Below are positions 18,384-27,521 of a DNA stretch of 64,000 nucleotides, piece after piece (position 1 is the stretch's first letter; each line of letters begins with the position of its first letter). Source of the stretch: Pseudomonadota bacterium (GTDB lineage: Bacteria > Pseudomonadota > Alphaproteobacteria > Kiloniellales > JAKSDN01); NCBI GenBank assembly GCA_039029395.1, contig JBCCGG010000018.1, positions 27,773 through 91,772 of the forward strand. Direction: 5' to 3'. The position numbers and the translations under genes are program-made. A model generated the notes under the pieces. That model was given only the letters and a program-made list of their open reading frames with translations. It ran no database searches and was not told the origin of the DNA.

Positions 18384-19079
18384 CTACCCGAAGAACTGCA
18401 TGATTTTTTCCGTGTAACTGCCAATTCGCTGTCCTAAGGACCTAGCGCCCGAAAAAATGGAGTAGCCCGCCTTCGCCGCCATGATGAAGGTGATATCTCC
18501 GCTTATGACAAGCATGTCCGCGCCAATGATGGCGACATCCTTCAATGCCAAGGACGTCTCTTTCAACAATTCGCGCAATTGGCCCAGCGTCAGGACGTTC
18601 ACCACGCGATCAGAATCATCGGCAGCCCGGCATACGTCGTCTCGAAGGCGTTCAACATTCTCGCGAACCGCGTCGAACTGAAGATCGCCCCTCACCACGA
18701 CCCTGCCTTGCTCGATCAGGTCGTCGCGGGCGCTAATCAGCTGCTCGCGAATGTAGTCGATAAACGCGCCGGCCACCATTTCATTGGGCAATCGATCGCG
18801 AACGAACTTCGCGTGCTCCTCGAGCATCTGATCGAATACATCATCCTCTATGATGCCTCCGTCTCCAATCAAGGCCTCGAGCGTTGCAACCCGGCCATCG
18901 GTCGCGGTCTCGAGAAATCTGTTGAGGAGTTCGCAGGCACGGGCGAAGTACCCCTGCAGCTTTTCCAGTTGCTCCACATCGCATTCGGCGAGGGCCTGAT
19001 CGAGGTTCTCATTCAAACCTTCGACGGCCTCGTCGGTCTCCCCGATCAATTCAATTAGCTGTTGGACAATCTCTTCCAT
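18384..19079 (-). CDS. hypothetical acidic helical protein with hydrophobic C-terminal segment
   Basis: 231-aa ORF. The body is very acidic and helical. The C-terminus VAIIGADMLVISGDITFIMAAKAGYSIFSGA is hydrophobic. It lies 26 nt upstream of the next ORF. Confidence 0.55.
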   Translation of the reverse strand: MEEIVQQLIELIGETDEAVEGLNENLDQALAECDVEQLEKLQGYFARACELLNRFLETATDGRVATLEALIGDGGIIEDDVFDQMLEEHAKFVRDRLPNEMVAGAFIDYIREQLISARDDLIEQGRVVVRGDLQFDAVRENVERLRDDVCRAADDSDRVVNVLTLGQLRELLKETSLALKDVAIIGADMLVISGDITFIMAAKAGYSIFSGARSLGQRIGSYTEKIMQFFG

Positions 19080-19190
19080 CAGTCTTTGCTTTCGTTGTGC
19101 GAGTCACCCAGGGGCCAATTCAAGAATGCAAAACGCTTATTGAAGGGTCCAAGGGAGCCACACCAACCCACGCCGCGCCGCAACCGCCCC

Positions 19191-21578
19191 TCACGACATC
19201 AAGAGCGCCGGGACCTCCTTGCGGCCGGGGCTGAGGCTGCTGGCGGCGTGGACGATGGTCTCGGCGTCGATGCCGAAGTGGCCGTAGAGGTCGCCGATCG
19301 TGCCGGTCTGGCCGAAGTGCTCGACCCCGAGCGGCACAGTCTGGTGGCCGGCCACCGCGCCGAGCCAGGCCAGCGTCGCCGGGTGGCCATCGATCACCGT
19401 GATGATGCGGCAGTGGGCCGGCAGGGGCGACAGCAGGCGCTCGACCTGGCTGAAAGCGTCTGCCTTGCCGCGCCGCCGGGCGCGCTGGGCGGCGGTCCAG
19501 CCGGCGTTTAGGCGGTCGGCCGAGGTCACCGCGAGCACGCCGATGTCGCGCCGGATCTGGGCGATGCGCCCGGCCGCCGCCAGGGCCTCGGGCGCGACGC
19601 AGCCCTGGTATGCGATCACCACCTCGCAGTTCGGGCCCGGTTCGCGCCACCAATAGGCGCCGTCGATCGCGCCCCGGCGGAAGGCATCGTCGCGCCGGGT
19701 GCCGGGCTGCTCGAGGCTGCGGGTGCTCAAGCGCAGATAGACCGAGCCGCCGGTCTCGTCGCGCAGCCAGGTGCGCTCGTCCGGGTCGCCCTCGCCGTCG
19801 CGCTGAAGGTAGTCGAAGGCCCACGCCAGGATCACCGCGAGCTCGTCCAGATAGGCCGGCTCGAAGGCGGCCAGGCCGTCCTGGCTCATGCCGATCAGCG
19901 GCGAGCCGATCGACTGGTGGGCGCCGCCCTCGGGCGCCAGGGAGACGCCCGAGGGGGTGCCGGCGATCAGAAAGCGGGCGTCCTGGTAGCAGGCGTAGTT
20001 CAGGGCATCCAGGCCTCGGGCGACGAAGGGGTCGTAGACCGTGCCGATTGGAATAAGCCGCTCGCCGAACAGGGCGTGGGACAGACCCGCCGCGCCCAGC
20101 AACAAGAAGAGGTTCATCTCGGCGATGCCCAGCTCCAGGTGCTGGCCGCCCTCCGAGAAGCGCCACTTCTGGGCCGAGGGGATGCGCTCCTCCCGGAAGG
20201 TGTCGGCCAGCTCGGCGCGCCCGAAGAGACCCCGGCGGTTGACCCAGGCGCCCAGGTTGGTGGAGACCGTGACGTCCGGCGAGGTGGTGACGATGCGCTG
20301 GGCCAGGTCGCTGTCGGAGATCGCCAGCTGGTCCAGCAGCTTTCCGAACCCGGCTTGGGTCGAGAGCGCCATGTCGTCCGGCGCGGCCAAGGTCGGCACG
20401 GCGATCTTGGCTGCGGGATAGCGTCGGGGGCCGGCGGCGAAGAACGGCACTTGGTCCAGGAAGGCTTGCAGGGCGGCCGGGTCGGCGACGCCGGCGAAGG
20501 GCTCCCACTCGGCGCCATCGGGCACCCCCATGGTGGCGCGGAACGCGTCCATTTGCGCCGGGTTCATGATGCCCGCGTGGTTGTCCTTGTGGCCGGCCAG
20601 CGGCGTGCCCCAGCCCTTGATGGTGTAGGCCAGAAAGGCGGTCGGTCGGTCGTGGTCGATGGCGTCGAAGGCGGCCGCCAGGGTCTCCAGGCACTGGCCG
20701 CCCAGGTTGGTCATGAGCGTCCCCAGCTCTTCGTCCGTGCGCCGCTCGAGCAAGGCGGTGACGTCCCCTTGATCGCCGATCTCGTCCATGAGCCGTTTGC
20801 GCCAGGCGGCGCCGCCCTGATAGGTGAGCGCCGAATAGAGCTGGTTCGGGCAGCGGTCGATCCAATCGCGCAGGCGCTCGCCGCCCGGCTCCTTGAAGGC
20901 GGCCTCCTGCAGGGCGCCGTACTTGAGGCGCACGACCTCCCAGCCGAAGGCGCCGAAGATCGCCTCGATGCGCTGCCACAGACCCTCGCGCACTACCCCG
21001 TCCAGGCTCTGGCGGTTGTAGTCGATGATCCACCAGGTGTTCCTGAGATCCTGCTTCCAGCCCTCCTGCAGGGCTTCGTAGACATTGCCCTCATCGAGCT
21101 CGGCGTCGCCGACCAGGGCGATCATGCGGCCGGCCGGGCGGCGCGCGGCCCAGGGCTTGGCCGCCAGGTAGTCCTGGATCAGGGACGCGAAGGCGGTGAT
21201 CGCGACGCCCAGGCCGACCGAGCCGGTCGAGAAGTCCACGTCGTCGATATCCTTGGTGCGGCTCGGGTAGGATTGGGCGCCGCCGAAGCCGCGGAAGCGC
21301 TCCAGCTTGTCCCGGGTCTGATTGCCCATGAGGTAGTGGGCGGCGTGAAACACCGGCGAGGCGTGGGGCTTGACCGCGACCCGGTCCTCGGGCCGCAAGG
21401 TGCGGAAGTAGAGCGCGGTCATGATCGAGACCAGCGACGCGCAGGACGCCTGGTGGCCGCCGACCTTGAGGCCATCGGGCTTGTCGCGCAGGTGATTGGC
21501 ATTGTGGATGGTCCAGCAGGCGAGCCACAGCAAGCGCCGCTCGATCTCCTTCAGCTGCCGGATCTCGTCACTTGTCAT
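19191..21578 (-). CDS. thiamine-diphosphate-dependent 2-oxoacid dehydrogenase E1 component, homodimeric AceE type
   Basis: 795-aa ORF with ATG after GGGAGGG. Segments parallel to AceE: VGGHQASCASLVSIMTALYF, HASPVFHAAHYLMG, GDAELDEGNVYEAL and IIDYNRQSLDG. Confidence 0.8.
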   Translation of the reverse strand: MTSDEIRQLKEIERRLLWLACWTIHNANHLRDKPDGLKVGGHQASCASLVSIMTALYFRTLRPEDRVAVKPHASPVFHAAHYLMGNQTRDKLERFRGFGGAQSYPSRTKDIDDVDFSTGSVGLGVAITAFASLIQDYLAAKPWAARRPAGRMIALVGDAELDEGNVYEALQEGWKQDLRNTWWIIDYNRQSLDGVVREGLWQRIEAIFGAFGWEVVRLKYGALQEAAFKEPGGERLRDWIDRCPNQLYSALTYQGGAAWRKRLMDEIGDQGDVTALLERRTDEELGTLMTNLGGQCLETLAAAFDAIDHDRPTAFLAYTIKGWGTPLAGHKDNHAGIMNPAQMDAFRATMGVPDGAEWEPFAGVADPAALQAFLDQVPFFAAGPRRYPAAKIAVPTLAAPDDMALSTQAGFGKLLDQLAISDSDLAQRIVTTSPDVTVSTNLGAWVNRRGLFGRAELADTFREERIPSAQKWRFSEGGQHLELGIAEMNLFLLLGAAGLSHALFGERLIPIGTVYDPFVARGLDALNYACYQDARFLIAGTPSGVSLAPEGGAHQSIGSPLIGMSQDGLAAFEPAYLDELAVILAWAFDYLQRDGEGDPDERTWLRDETGGSVYLRLSTRSLEQPGTRRDDAFRRGAIDGAYWWREPGPNCEVVIAYQGCVAPEALAAAGRIAQIRRDIGVLAVTSADRLNAGWTAAQRARRRGKADAFSQVERLLSPLPAHCRIITVIDGHPATLAWLGAVAGHQTVPLGVEHFGQTGTIGDLYGHFGIDAETIVHAASSLSPGRKEVPALLMS

Positions 21579-21611
21579 AGCGCCCTCCCAGCCCGCCTTG
21601 GCCGAGCGCGC

Positions 21612-22625
21612 TCAACCGTTGCGGTAGATGTAGCTGTATCCGTTGATCGCCGGCACCCCGCCCAGGTGGGCGTAGAGCACCTTGGAGCCGGCCGGGAAGT
21701 AGCCCTTGCCGACCAGATCGATCAGGCCTTGCATGGATTTACCCTCATAGACGGGATCTGTCATCATGCCTTCCAGGCGCGCGGCCAAGCGAATCGCATC
21801 GTTGGTCTCGGCCGAGGGCACGCCGTAAGCGGGATAGGCGTAGTCGGCCAGCAGCACCAGATCGTCCTCGGTGATCTCGCGGCCCAGCTCGACCAGCGCG
21901 GCGGTGTTCCTGGCGATCTCCATCACCTGGGCGCGAGTCTGATCCAAGGTGCCAGACGCATCGATGCCGATCACACGGTTCGCGCGGCCGTCCTTGGCGA
22001 AGCCGACCAGCATGCCGGCGTGGGTCGAGCCGGTCACCGTGCAGACCACGATATAGTCGAAAGCAAAGCCGAGCTCAGCTTCCTGGGCGCGCACCTCGTC
22101 GGCGAAGCCGACGAAGCCGAGCCCGCCCAGTTTGTGCACCGAGGCGCCGGCCGGGATCGCATAGGGCTTGCCGCCACGGGCCTTGACGTCCTCGAGCGCG
22201 CGCTCCCAGCTCTCCCGAATGCCGATGTCGAAGCCCTCGTCGACCAGGTCGATCTGAGCGCCCATGACCCGGCTCATCAGGATGTTGCCGACCCGGTCGT
22301 AGACCGCGTCCTCGAAGGGCACCCAGCTTTCCTGCACCAGGCGGCACTTCATGCCAAGCTTGGCGGCGACCGCGGCGACCTGGCGGGTGTGGTTCGACTG
22401 CACCCCGCCGATGGTGACCAAGGTGTCCGCGTTGGAAGCCAGCGCGTCGGGCACGATGTATTCCAGCTTGCGGATCTTGTTGCCGCCGAAGGCAAGGCCA
22501 GAGTTGCAGTCTTCGCGCTTGGCATAGATCTCGACCGCGCCGCCCAAATGCTCCGAGAGGCGGCTCAGCTTCTCGATTGGGCTCGGCCCGAAGGTCAGCG
22601 GATAGCGTTCGAATTTGTCTAGCAT
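21612..22625 (-). CDS. acdS: 1-aminocyclopropane-1-carboxylate deaminase
   Basis: ATG at 22625, giving 338 aa. Sequence: [29 protein letters not shown]...[23 protein letters not shown] (PLD-Lys). The diagnostic [10 protein letters not shown] and YAHLGG segments are present. Confidence 0.92.
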   Translation of the reverse strand: MLDKFERYPLTFGPSPIEKLSRLSEHLGGAVEIYAKREDCNSGLAFGGNKIRKLEYIVPDALASNADTLVTIGGVQSNHTRQVAAVAAKLGMKCRLVQESWVPFEDAVYDRVGNILMSRVMGAQIDLVDEGFDIGIRESWERALEDVKARGGKPYAIPAGASVHKLGGLGFVGFADEVRAQEAELGFAFDYIVVCTVTGSTHAGMLVGFAKDGRANRVIGIDASGTLDQTRAQVMEIARNTAALVELGREITEDDLVLLADYAYPAYGVPSAETNDAIRLAARLEGMMTDPVYEGKSMQGLIDLVGKGYFPAGSKVLYAHLGGVPAINGYSYIYRNG

Positions 22626-22768
22626 GAGGCCCTCCCGGTCAGGCGTATGACTGGCAGGATGCTGCCATAAAGCAGCCAAAATGTGCTTTCGAATTTGGTT
22701 TGAATTTTGCCCAATACTCTCACATGAGCTAAGATTCTATCGATCTTTGTGAACTCGAGGACAGAATC

Positions 22769-23248
22769 ATGGAAGAATCTTCCGTCGAAGGTGACCTGGA
22801 CCGGATCGACCGGCGGATCTTGCAGTATTTGCAAGGGGAAGGCCGCCTGACCAACGCCGAGCTGGCCAAGAAGGTTCATGTCAGCCCGGCGACCTGCCAC
22901 CGGCGGACCCAGCGCCTCTTCGCGGAGGGCTTTCTGACCGGCGTGCGCGCCCTGGTGGCGCCTCAGAAGGTGGAGCGCGGGGCGCTGGTCTTCGTCGGTG
23001 TTGTGCTCGACCGCTCGACCCCGGAAAGCTTCGGCGCGTTCGAGAAGGCGATCGTCAAGCTGAGCTTCATCTTGGACTGCCACATCGTCGCCGGCGACTT
23101 CGACTACATCCTCAAAATCCGCGTGCGCGACATGGCCGACTTCAACCGCCTCCACGGCACCAAGCTGATCGCCCTGCCGGGCGTGCGCCAAACCCGCACC
23201 TTCTTCGTCATGAAAGAGGTCATCGACAACGCACCGCTCGAGTTCTGA
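22769..23248 (+). CDS. acdR: Lrp/AsnC family transcriptional regulator, divergent from acdS
   Basis: 159 aa. The HTH reads LDRIDRRILQYLQGEGRLTNAELAKKVHVSPATCHRR, followed by a RAM domain. This is the classic divergent acdR-acdS arrangement. Confidence 0.88.
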   Translation: MEESSVEGDLDRIDRRILQYLQGEGRLTNAELAKKVHVSPATCHRRTQRLFAEGFLTGVRALVAPQKVERGALVFVGVVLDRSTPESFGAFEKAIVKLSFILDCHIVAGDFDYILKIRVRDMADFNRLHGTKLIALPGVRQTRTFFVMKEVIDNAPLEF

Positions 23249-23422
23249 CGCCGCAGACGCGGCCGGTGCCATTGAAAGTGTCACGTATCGACGAGCGCTT
23301 CGACGTGGCGAGCCCCTTACGAAGCTGGCAGTGGCAAGCTATGCTCTTCCGCCTCCGGGCCGTCACGCTAGAGTTGATACCTTATCTTAGAAGGGCGTTG
23401 GGAAGAGGGTTAGAGCGCAGCG

Positions 23423-25066
23423 ATGTCTCCAAGCAAGGACTTCGACTATGTCATCGTTGGCGCGGGCTCCGCGGGCTGCACCCTCGCCCATCGCCTATCG
23501 ACGGAGCGAGAAGTTCGAGTCCTGCTGCTGGAAGCAGGTGGCTGGGACCGTGACCCCCTGATTCATATTCCCCTTGGTTGGGGCAAGATCCTTCAGAAGC
23601 GCCTGCACGATTGGATGTACTTTTGCGAGCCCGAGGAAAATGTCGGCGGCCGCCGGGTCGAGTGCGCGCGTGGCAAGATCGTCGGCGGGTCGTCTTCGGT
23701 CAACGCCATGGCTCATGTCAGGGGCAACCGCCGCGACTATGACCGCTGGGCGACCGAGGGGCTGACGGGCTGGTCCTACGCGCACCTCCTACCCTATTTC
23801 CAACGCCTGGAGACCTGGGAGGGCGGCACCGACGATTTCCGGGGCGGCGAAGGGCCGGTTCACGTGCAGGCCTGCAAGTTCGCCGATCCCTTGGTCGAGG
23901 CCTTCGCCGCCGCCGGGCGCGAGGCCGGCTACGGCTGGACCGACGACTACAACGGCCGCAGCCAAGATGGCTTCGGGCGATTGCAGATGACCATCAAGCG
24001 CGGGCGCCGCCAGAGCGCGGCCACGGCCTATCTGCGGCCGGCGCTCGGGCGGGCCAACCTAACCGTGTTGGTCAAGGCTCAGGCGACGCGCATCTTGCTC
24101 GAAGGCGGGCGCGCGGTCGGGATCGAGTATCGCCACGACGGCAAGTTGGAGAAGGCCACGGCGGCCCGCGAGGTGATCCTGGCCGGCGGCGTGATCAACT
24201 CGCCGCAGCTGCTCATGCTGTCGGGCATCGGCGACCCGGATGGTCTCGGCCGGCATGGCATCGAGGTCGCCGCCGCCCTGCCGGGCGTTGGCCAGAATTT
24301 CCAGGATCACGTATCGACCATCTTGATGTACGCCCGCCGGGAGCCCGGGCCCTTTCACCGTGCCATGCGCTACGACCGTATCGCGTTTGCCATGGTCCAG
24401 GCCTATCTGTTCAGAAGCGGCTTCGCGGGCGACGTGCCGGGCGGCATCACCTGCTTTCTAAAGAGCGACGAGTCGCTGGAGGTTCCGGACATTCAGCTTC
24501 TCTTCACCGCGGCGCCCTTGGGCGCCAAGCCCTACTTCGAGCCCTTTATCAAATCGTTTCAAGATGGCTTCGCCTGCCGCGTCGTCATGCTCCACCCGGA
24601 AAGCCGGGGCCGCGTCGAACTGGCGAGCAGCGATCCCATGGATCTCGCGCTCATCCGGGCGAACTTCCTCGGCACCGAAAGGGACCAGATCACCATGCGC
24701 CGGGGCGTGGAGATAGCGCGGGAGATCGCCGCCCAACCGGCCTTGGAGCCATTTATCAAGGCCGAGATCGCACCGGGCGCGGACAAGTCCGATGGGGCCG
24801 CGATCGACGCTTACATCCGCGCCGCCGCCATCACGGTGCATCATCCGCTCGGGACCTGCCGCATGGGAGGCGACGACGATCCCGCAAGCGTGGTCGATCC
24901 TCAATTGCGGGTGAAGGGCATCGAGGCTCTGCGCGTGGTCGACGCCTCGGTCATGCCCGAGATGATCAGCGGAAACATCAACGCGCCGGTCATCGCGATC
25001 GCCGAACGGGCCGCCGACCTGATTTTGGATCGCACGCCGCTCGCGCCCGACGCGCGGTTCGTTTGA
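23423..25066 (+). CDS. GMC family FAD-dependent oxidoreductase (choline dehydrogenase-like)
   Basis: 547 aa. [13 protein letters not shown] (FAD fold), GGSSSVNAM, and the C-terminal HPLGTCRMG...VVDASVMP. Confidence 0.9.
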   Translation: MSPSKDFDYVIVGAGSAGCTLAHRLSTEREVRVLLLEAGGWDRDPLIHIPLGWGKILQKRLHDWMYFCEPEENVGGRRVECARGKIVGGSSSVNAMAHVRGNRRDYDRWATEGLTGWSYAHLLPYFQRLETWEGGTDDFRGGEGPVHVQACKFADPLVEAFAAAGREAGYGWTDDYNGRSQDGFGRLQMTIKRGRRQSAATAYLRPALGRANLTVLVKAQATRILLEGGRAVGIEYRHDGKLEKATAAREVILAGGVINSPQLLMLSGIGDPDGLGRHGIEVAAALPGVGQNFQDHVSTILMYARREPGPFHRAMRYDRIAFAMVQAYLFRSGFAGDVPGGITCFLKSDESLEVPDIQLLFTAAPLGAKPYFEPFIKSFQDGFACRVVMLHPESRGRVELASSDPMDLALIRANFLGTERDQITMRRGVEIAREIAAQPALEPFIKAEIAPGADKSDGAAIDAYIRAAAITVHHPLGTCRMGGDDDPASVVDPQLRVKGIEALRVVDASVMPEMISGNINAPVIAIAERAADLILDRTPLAPDARFV

Positions 25067-25076
25067 AACGAGAGTC

Positions 25077-25826
25077 TTAGTCGGCCGCGTCGGAAGGGAT
25101 CACGGTCGATCCCACCGGAACGACATCGGCGAAAATACTGCGATGCACGTCGCCTAGATGCTCTTGCATCAGCCGTTCCGCCCCATTGGTGTCGCGCTCG
25201 GCGATCGCTTCCACGATGCGCCGGTGAAAGGCGACATGCTCTGCCTGGCGCTTGAAGCAATGCCCGTTCTCGCCGAAGCGCTCGAGCGCCGTATCGCGCA
25301 ATGCCGTGCTGAGCACGGCCTGCAGCTCCACGAAGACGGAGTTGCGCGACAGCTCGCCGATCATCCGATGGAATTCCATGTCGGCCTCTTGATAGGCCTG
25401 ATAGTTGTCCGCCTGGCTGGTCAACTCGGCCTGGCGCCGCAAACGCGCCACATCCAGGCGCGAAGACCGCAGGGCCGCCAGCCGGCACATCACGGGCTCC
25501 AGCGCCAGGCGCAGTTCGACCAGCTCGACGGGGTTGGCGGTATCCAGAAGCGACAGAAGCTCGCTGCCGGAGCCGCCGGGCACCTCCCCGGCCGCCGAAG
25601 CCGGCGCCTCGTCAGCTGATCGCCCCGCCACGAAGGTGCCCCGGCCCTGATGGCGCACGATCTTGCCGTTCTGCTCCAAGGTGCTGAGCGCACGGCGCAG
25701 AACGCGCCGCCCGATGCCGAGCTTGTCGGATAGCTCCCGCTCCGTGGGCAGGCGGCCATCCTTGGCCAGCTGCTCGCCGCAAATCAACTGCTCGATAGCG
25801 TCCAAAGTCTCTTCGTAACGATCCAT
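25077..25826 (-). CDS. GntR family transcriptional regulator, FadR (FCD) subfamily
   Basis: 249 aa. The N-terminal wHTH reads LPTERELSDKLGIGRRVLRRALSTLEQNGKIVRHQGRGTFV. The C-terminal domain is helical and FCD-like. Confidence 0.88.
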   Translation of the reverse strand: MDRYEETLDAIEQLICGEQLAKDGRLPTERELSDKLGIGRRVLRRALSTLEQNGKIVRHQGRGTFVAGRSADEAPASAAGEVPGGSGSELLSLLDTANPVELVELRLALEPVMCRLAALRSSRLDVARLRRQAELTSQADNYQAYQEADMEFHRMIGELSRNSVFVELQAVLSTALRDTALERFGENGHCFKRQAEHVAFHRRIVEAIAERDTNGAERLMQEHLGDVHRSIFADVVPVGSTVIPSDAAD

Positions 25827-25955
25827 GCTAGATCCTAACTCTAGCCGACGGTGTCAGGGCGACAGATCCAAATGGATGGACGACACGGGTAAAAGCCTGA
25901 ACGCCCCTTTTCTTGCGTGCAAGCGACTGGCGCTTCCATTTTGTGTATCAAACGC

Positions 25956-25968
25956 GAACCAATATCAA
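25956..25968. promoter_or_regulatory. candidate operator half-site GAACCAATATCAA
   Basis: This 13-mer is identical to the one at 43793-43805. It sits in the 483-bp GntR/ABC divergent intergenic region. Confidence 0.45.
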
Positions 25969-26113
25969 GGGCTAAGCCCGACTTGAGCGGATATTTTGGG
26001 CGTTTGGCGCAGGATTCGGCCAATCTTTCTCGACAATCGTCCGAATGACATCCTCGCGATTGACATGTTTCAGGCGATTGGTATCATTTTACTCTGTTGA
26101 CTCGCCTCGCGGC

Positions 26114-26158
26114 GGAACCAATTTCGTGAAGGCCCTACAATACCTCTAAATTGGTTCC
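26114..26158. promoter_or_regulatory. candidate operator: inverted repeat GGAACCAATTT (N23) AAATTGGTTCC
   Basis: Perfect 11-bp inverted arms at 26114-26124 and 26148-26158, upstream of the ABC operon start (26310). Confidence 0.5.
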
Positions 26159-26309
26159 CATCGAGGCGTCTGCGCGGCAGAATCTGGCTTGAGAGGTCGG
26201 AGCCCCCGACGGCTTCACCAGGGCCCCAACAGCGGCGGCGAAGATCGGTTTCCGAGGCGATTAACCGCCCCGACATCTTCGCCAGGGCAGAAGAACAAGG
26301 GAGACAGGC

Positions 26310-27359
26310 ATGAGGCGCATTGGAAGGCAAATCGTTTCAGGTTTGACGGCGAGCGCGATCGTCGCTCTAGGATTGACCGCTTCCACCTTGGCTGGCGAGG
26401 TTAAGAGCATTGCCGTGCTCGTGCCCGAACAGGGAACCGACTACGGCTGGAACCAGCAAGGGGTGGATGCCGCGCGAGCGGTTGCCGAGAAGTACGGGCT
26501 CGAGTTCATTCCGGCCGAAGGTTTGGGTTATGGCGATGTCCGGCCGACCCTGCGCGAGTTGGCCGAGGACGGCGCGAGCCTGATGATCGCCCATGCCAGC
26601 GGCTACAACACCGCGGCGCCCGAGATCGCGATAGAGACCAATGTTCCCGTGGCCGTCGTCGACCGCCCCGACGACATCAAAGCGGGCCTGGTGGCCGACT
26701 ACACGCTGCACGGACACGAGGCCGCCTTCATGGCCGGCCAGATGGCCGCCGGAATGACCCGCACCGGCACGGTCGGGATTGTGGTTTCCGGCGAGCCGCC
26801 GTCCTGGAATTCTCAATCGGCGGGCTTCGCCCAGGGCGTTCGGGCGGCCAACCCCGACGTCAAGATCCTCTACGCCGTGATCGGCCCGGCCGCTTATGGC
26901 GACGCGGCCGGCGGGCGGCGGGTGACTGAGTCGGTGATCTCCGCCGGCGCCGACATCATCTTCGGCCAGGGCAACGGCTCCAGCTTCGGCATGATCCAGG
27001 CCGTCGAGACGACCAAGGCGGTCGACGGCGGCAAGGTCTGGTTCATCGACGTGATCGGCGACAAGACCTCGCTCGACAAGGGCCACCTGCTGTCCTCCGT
27101 GCTGTGGAACATGGCACCGGTCTATGGCGCCATGGTCGAGGACCTGAAAGCCGGCACCTTCGGCACCAAGCACTACAAGATCCAGCTGTCCGACGATTCC
27201 GTTAAGCTGCTGAAGACCGATCATATTCCGACCGATGCCTGGAATCAGGCCATGGCACTGCGCGACGACATCATCGCCGGCAAGGTGGCGGTCGATCTGG
27301 TCACCGATGCCCAAGCGGTCCGCGCCCTCATGACCTCCGTCGACGCCAAGCAGGAGTAG
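26310..27359 (+). CDS. BMP family (PnrA-like) ABC transporter substrate-binding protein
   Basis: 349 aa with a signal peptide. BMP-type segments include IAVLVPEQGTDYGWNQQG. Confidence 0.85.
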   Translation: MRRIGRQIVSGLTASAIVALGLTASTLAGEVKSIAVLVPEQGTDYGWNQQGVDAARAVAEKYGLEFIPAEGLGYGDVRPTLRELAEDGASLMIAHASGYNTAAPEIAIETNVPVAVVDRPDDIKAGLVADYTLHGHEAAFMAGQMAAGMTRTGTVGIVVSGEPPSWNSQSAGFAQGVRAANPDVKILYAVIGPAAYGDAAGGRRVTESVISAGADIIFGQGNGSSFGMIQAVETTKAVDGGKVWFIDVIGDKTSLDKGHLLSSVLWNMAPVYGAMVEDLKAGTFGTKHYKIQLSDDSVKLLKTDHIPTDAWNQAMALRDDIIAGKVAVDLVTDAQAVRALMTSVDAKQE

Positions 27360-27362
27360 CGC

Positions 27363-27412
27363 CAGCGGCCGGCGCCCCAAGAGACACGAGGGTGCCGGCC
27401 GGCTCTTTTTTC
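27363..27412 (+). terminator. intra-operon hairpin (attenuating terminator) after the binding-protein gene
   Basis: AGCGGCCGGCGCCC / GGGTGCCGGCCGGCT forms a roughly 13-bp GC stem and is followed by CTTTTTTCT. Confidence 0.65.
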
Positions 27413-27521
27413 TCGCGGTCATGGCCTATGATGGTGAGCCGATGAGGGAGTTGGGGCCGGCGGCCGCCCACCGCGTTCGCGGCCGCGGTCAAAGTATTAG
27501 GTTCAGCGGCGAGGTCAGGGC

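Noticed and set aside
19191-21578. An alternative call of the 795-aa ThDP enzyme as phosphoketolase or transketolase.
   Set aside because: Its N-terminal and ThDP-binding segments (GGHQAS..., GDAELDEG...IIDYNRQSLDG) parallel AceE rather than the phosphoketolase or transketolase signatures I recall. The exact substrate remains unknown.
19917-22622. A 901-aa plus-strand ORF spanning the E1 and acdS loci, plus the 637-aa minus-strand ORF 19120..21033.
   Set aside because: These are antisense to, or out of frame with, genes that have clear family motifs (AceE-type E1, AcdS). The translations are Arg/Gly/Ala/Pro-rich low-complexity sequence, typical of open non-coding frames in high-GC DNA.
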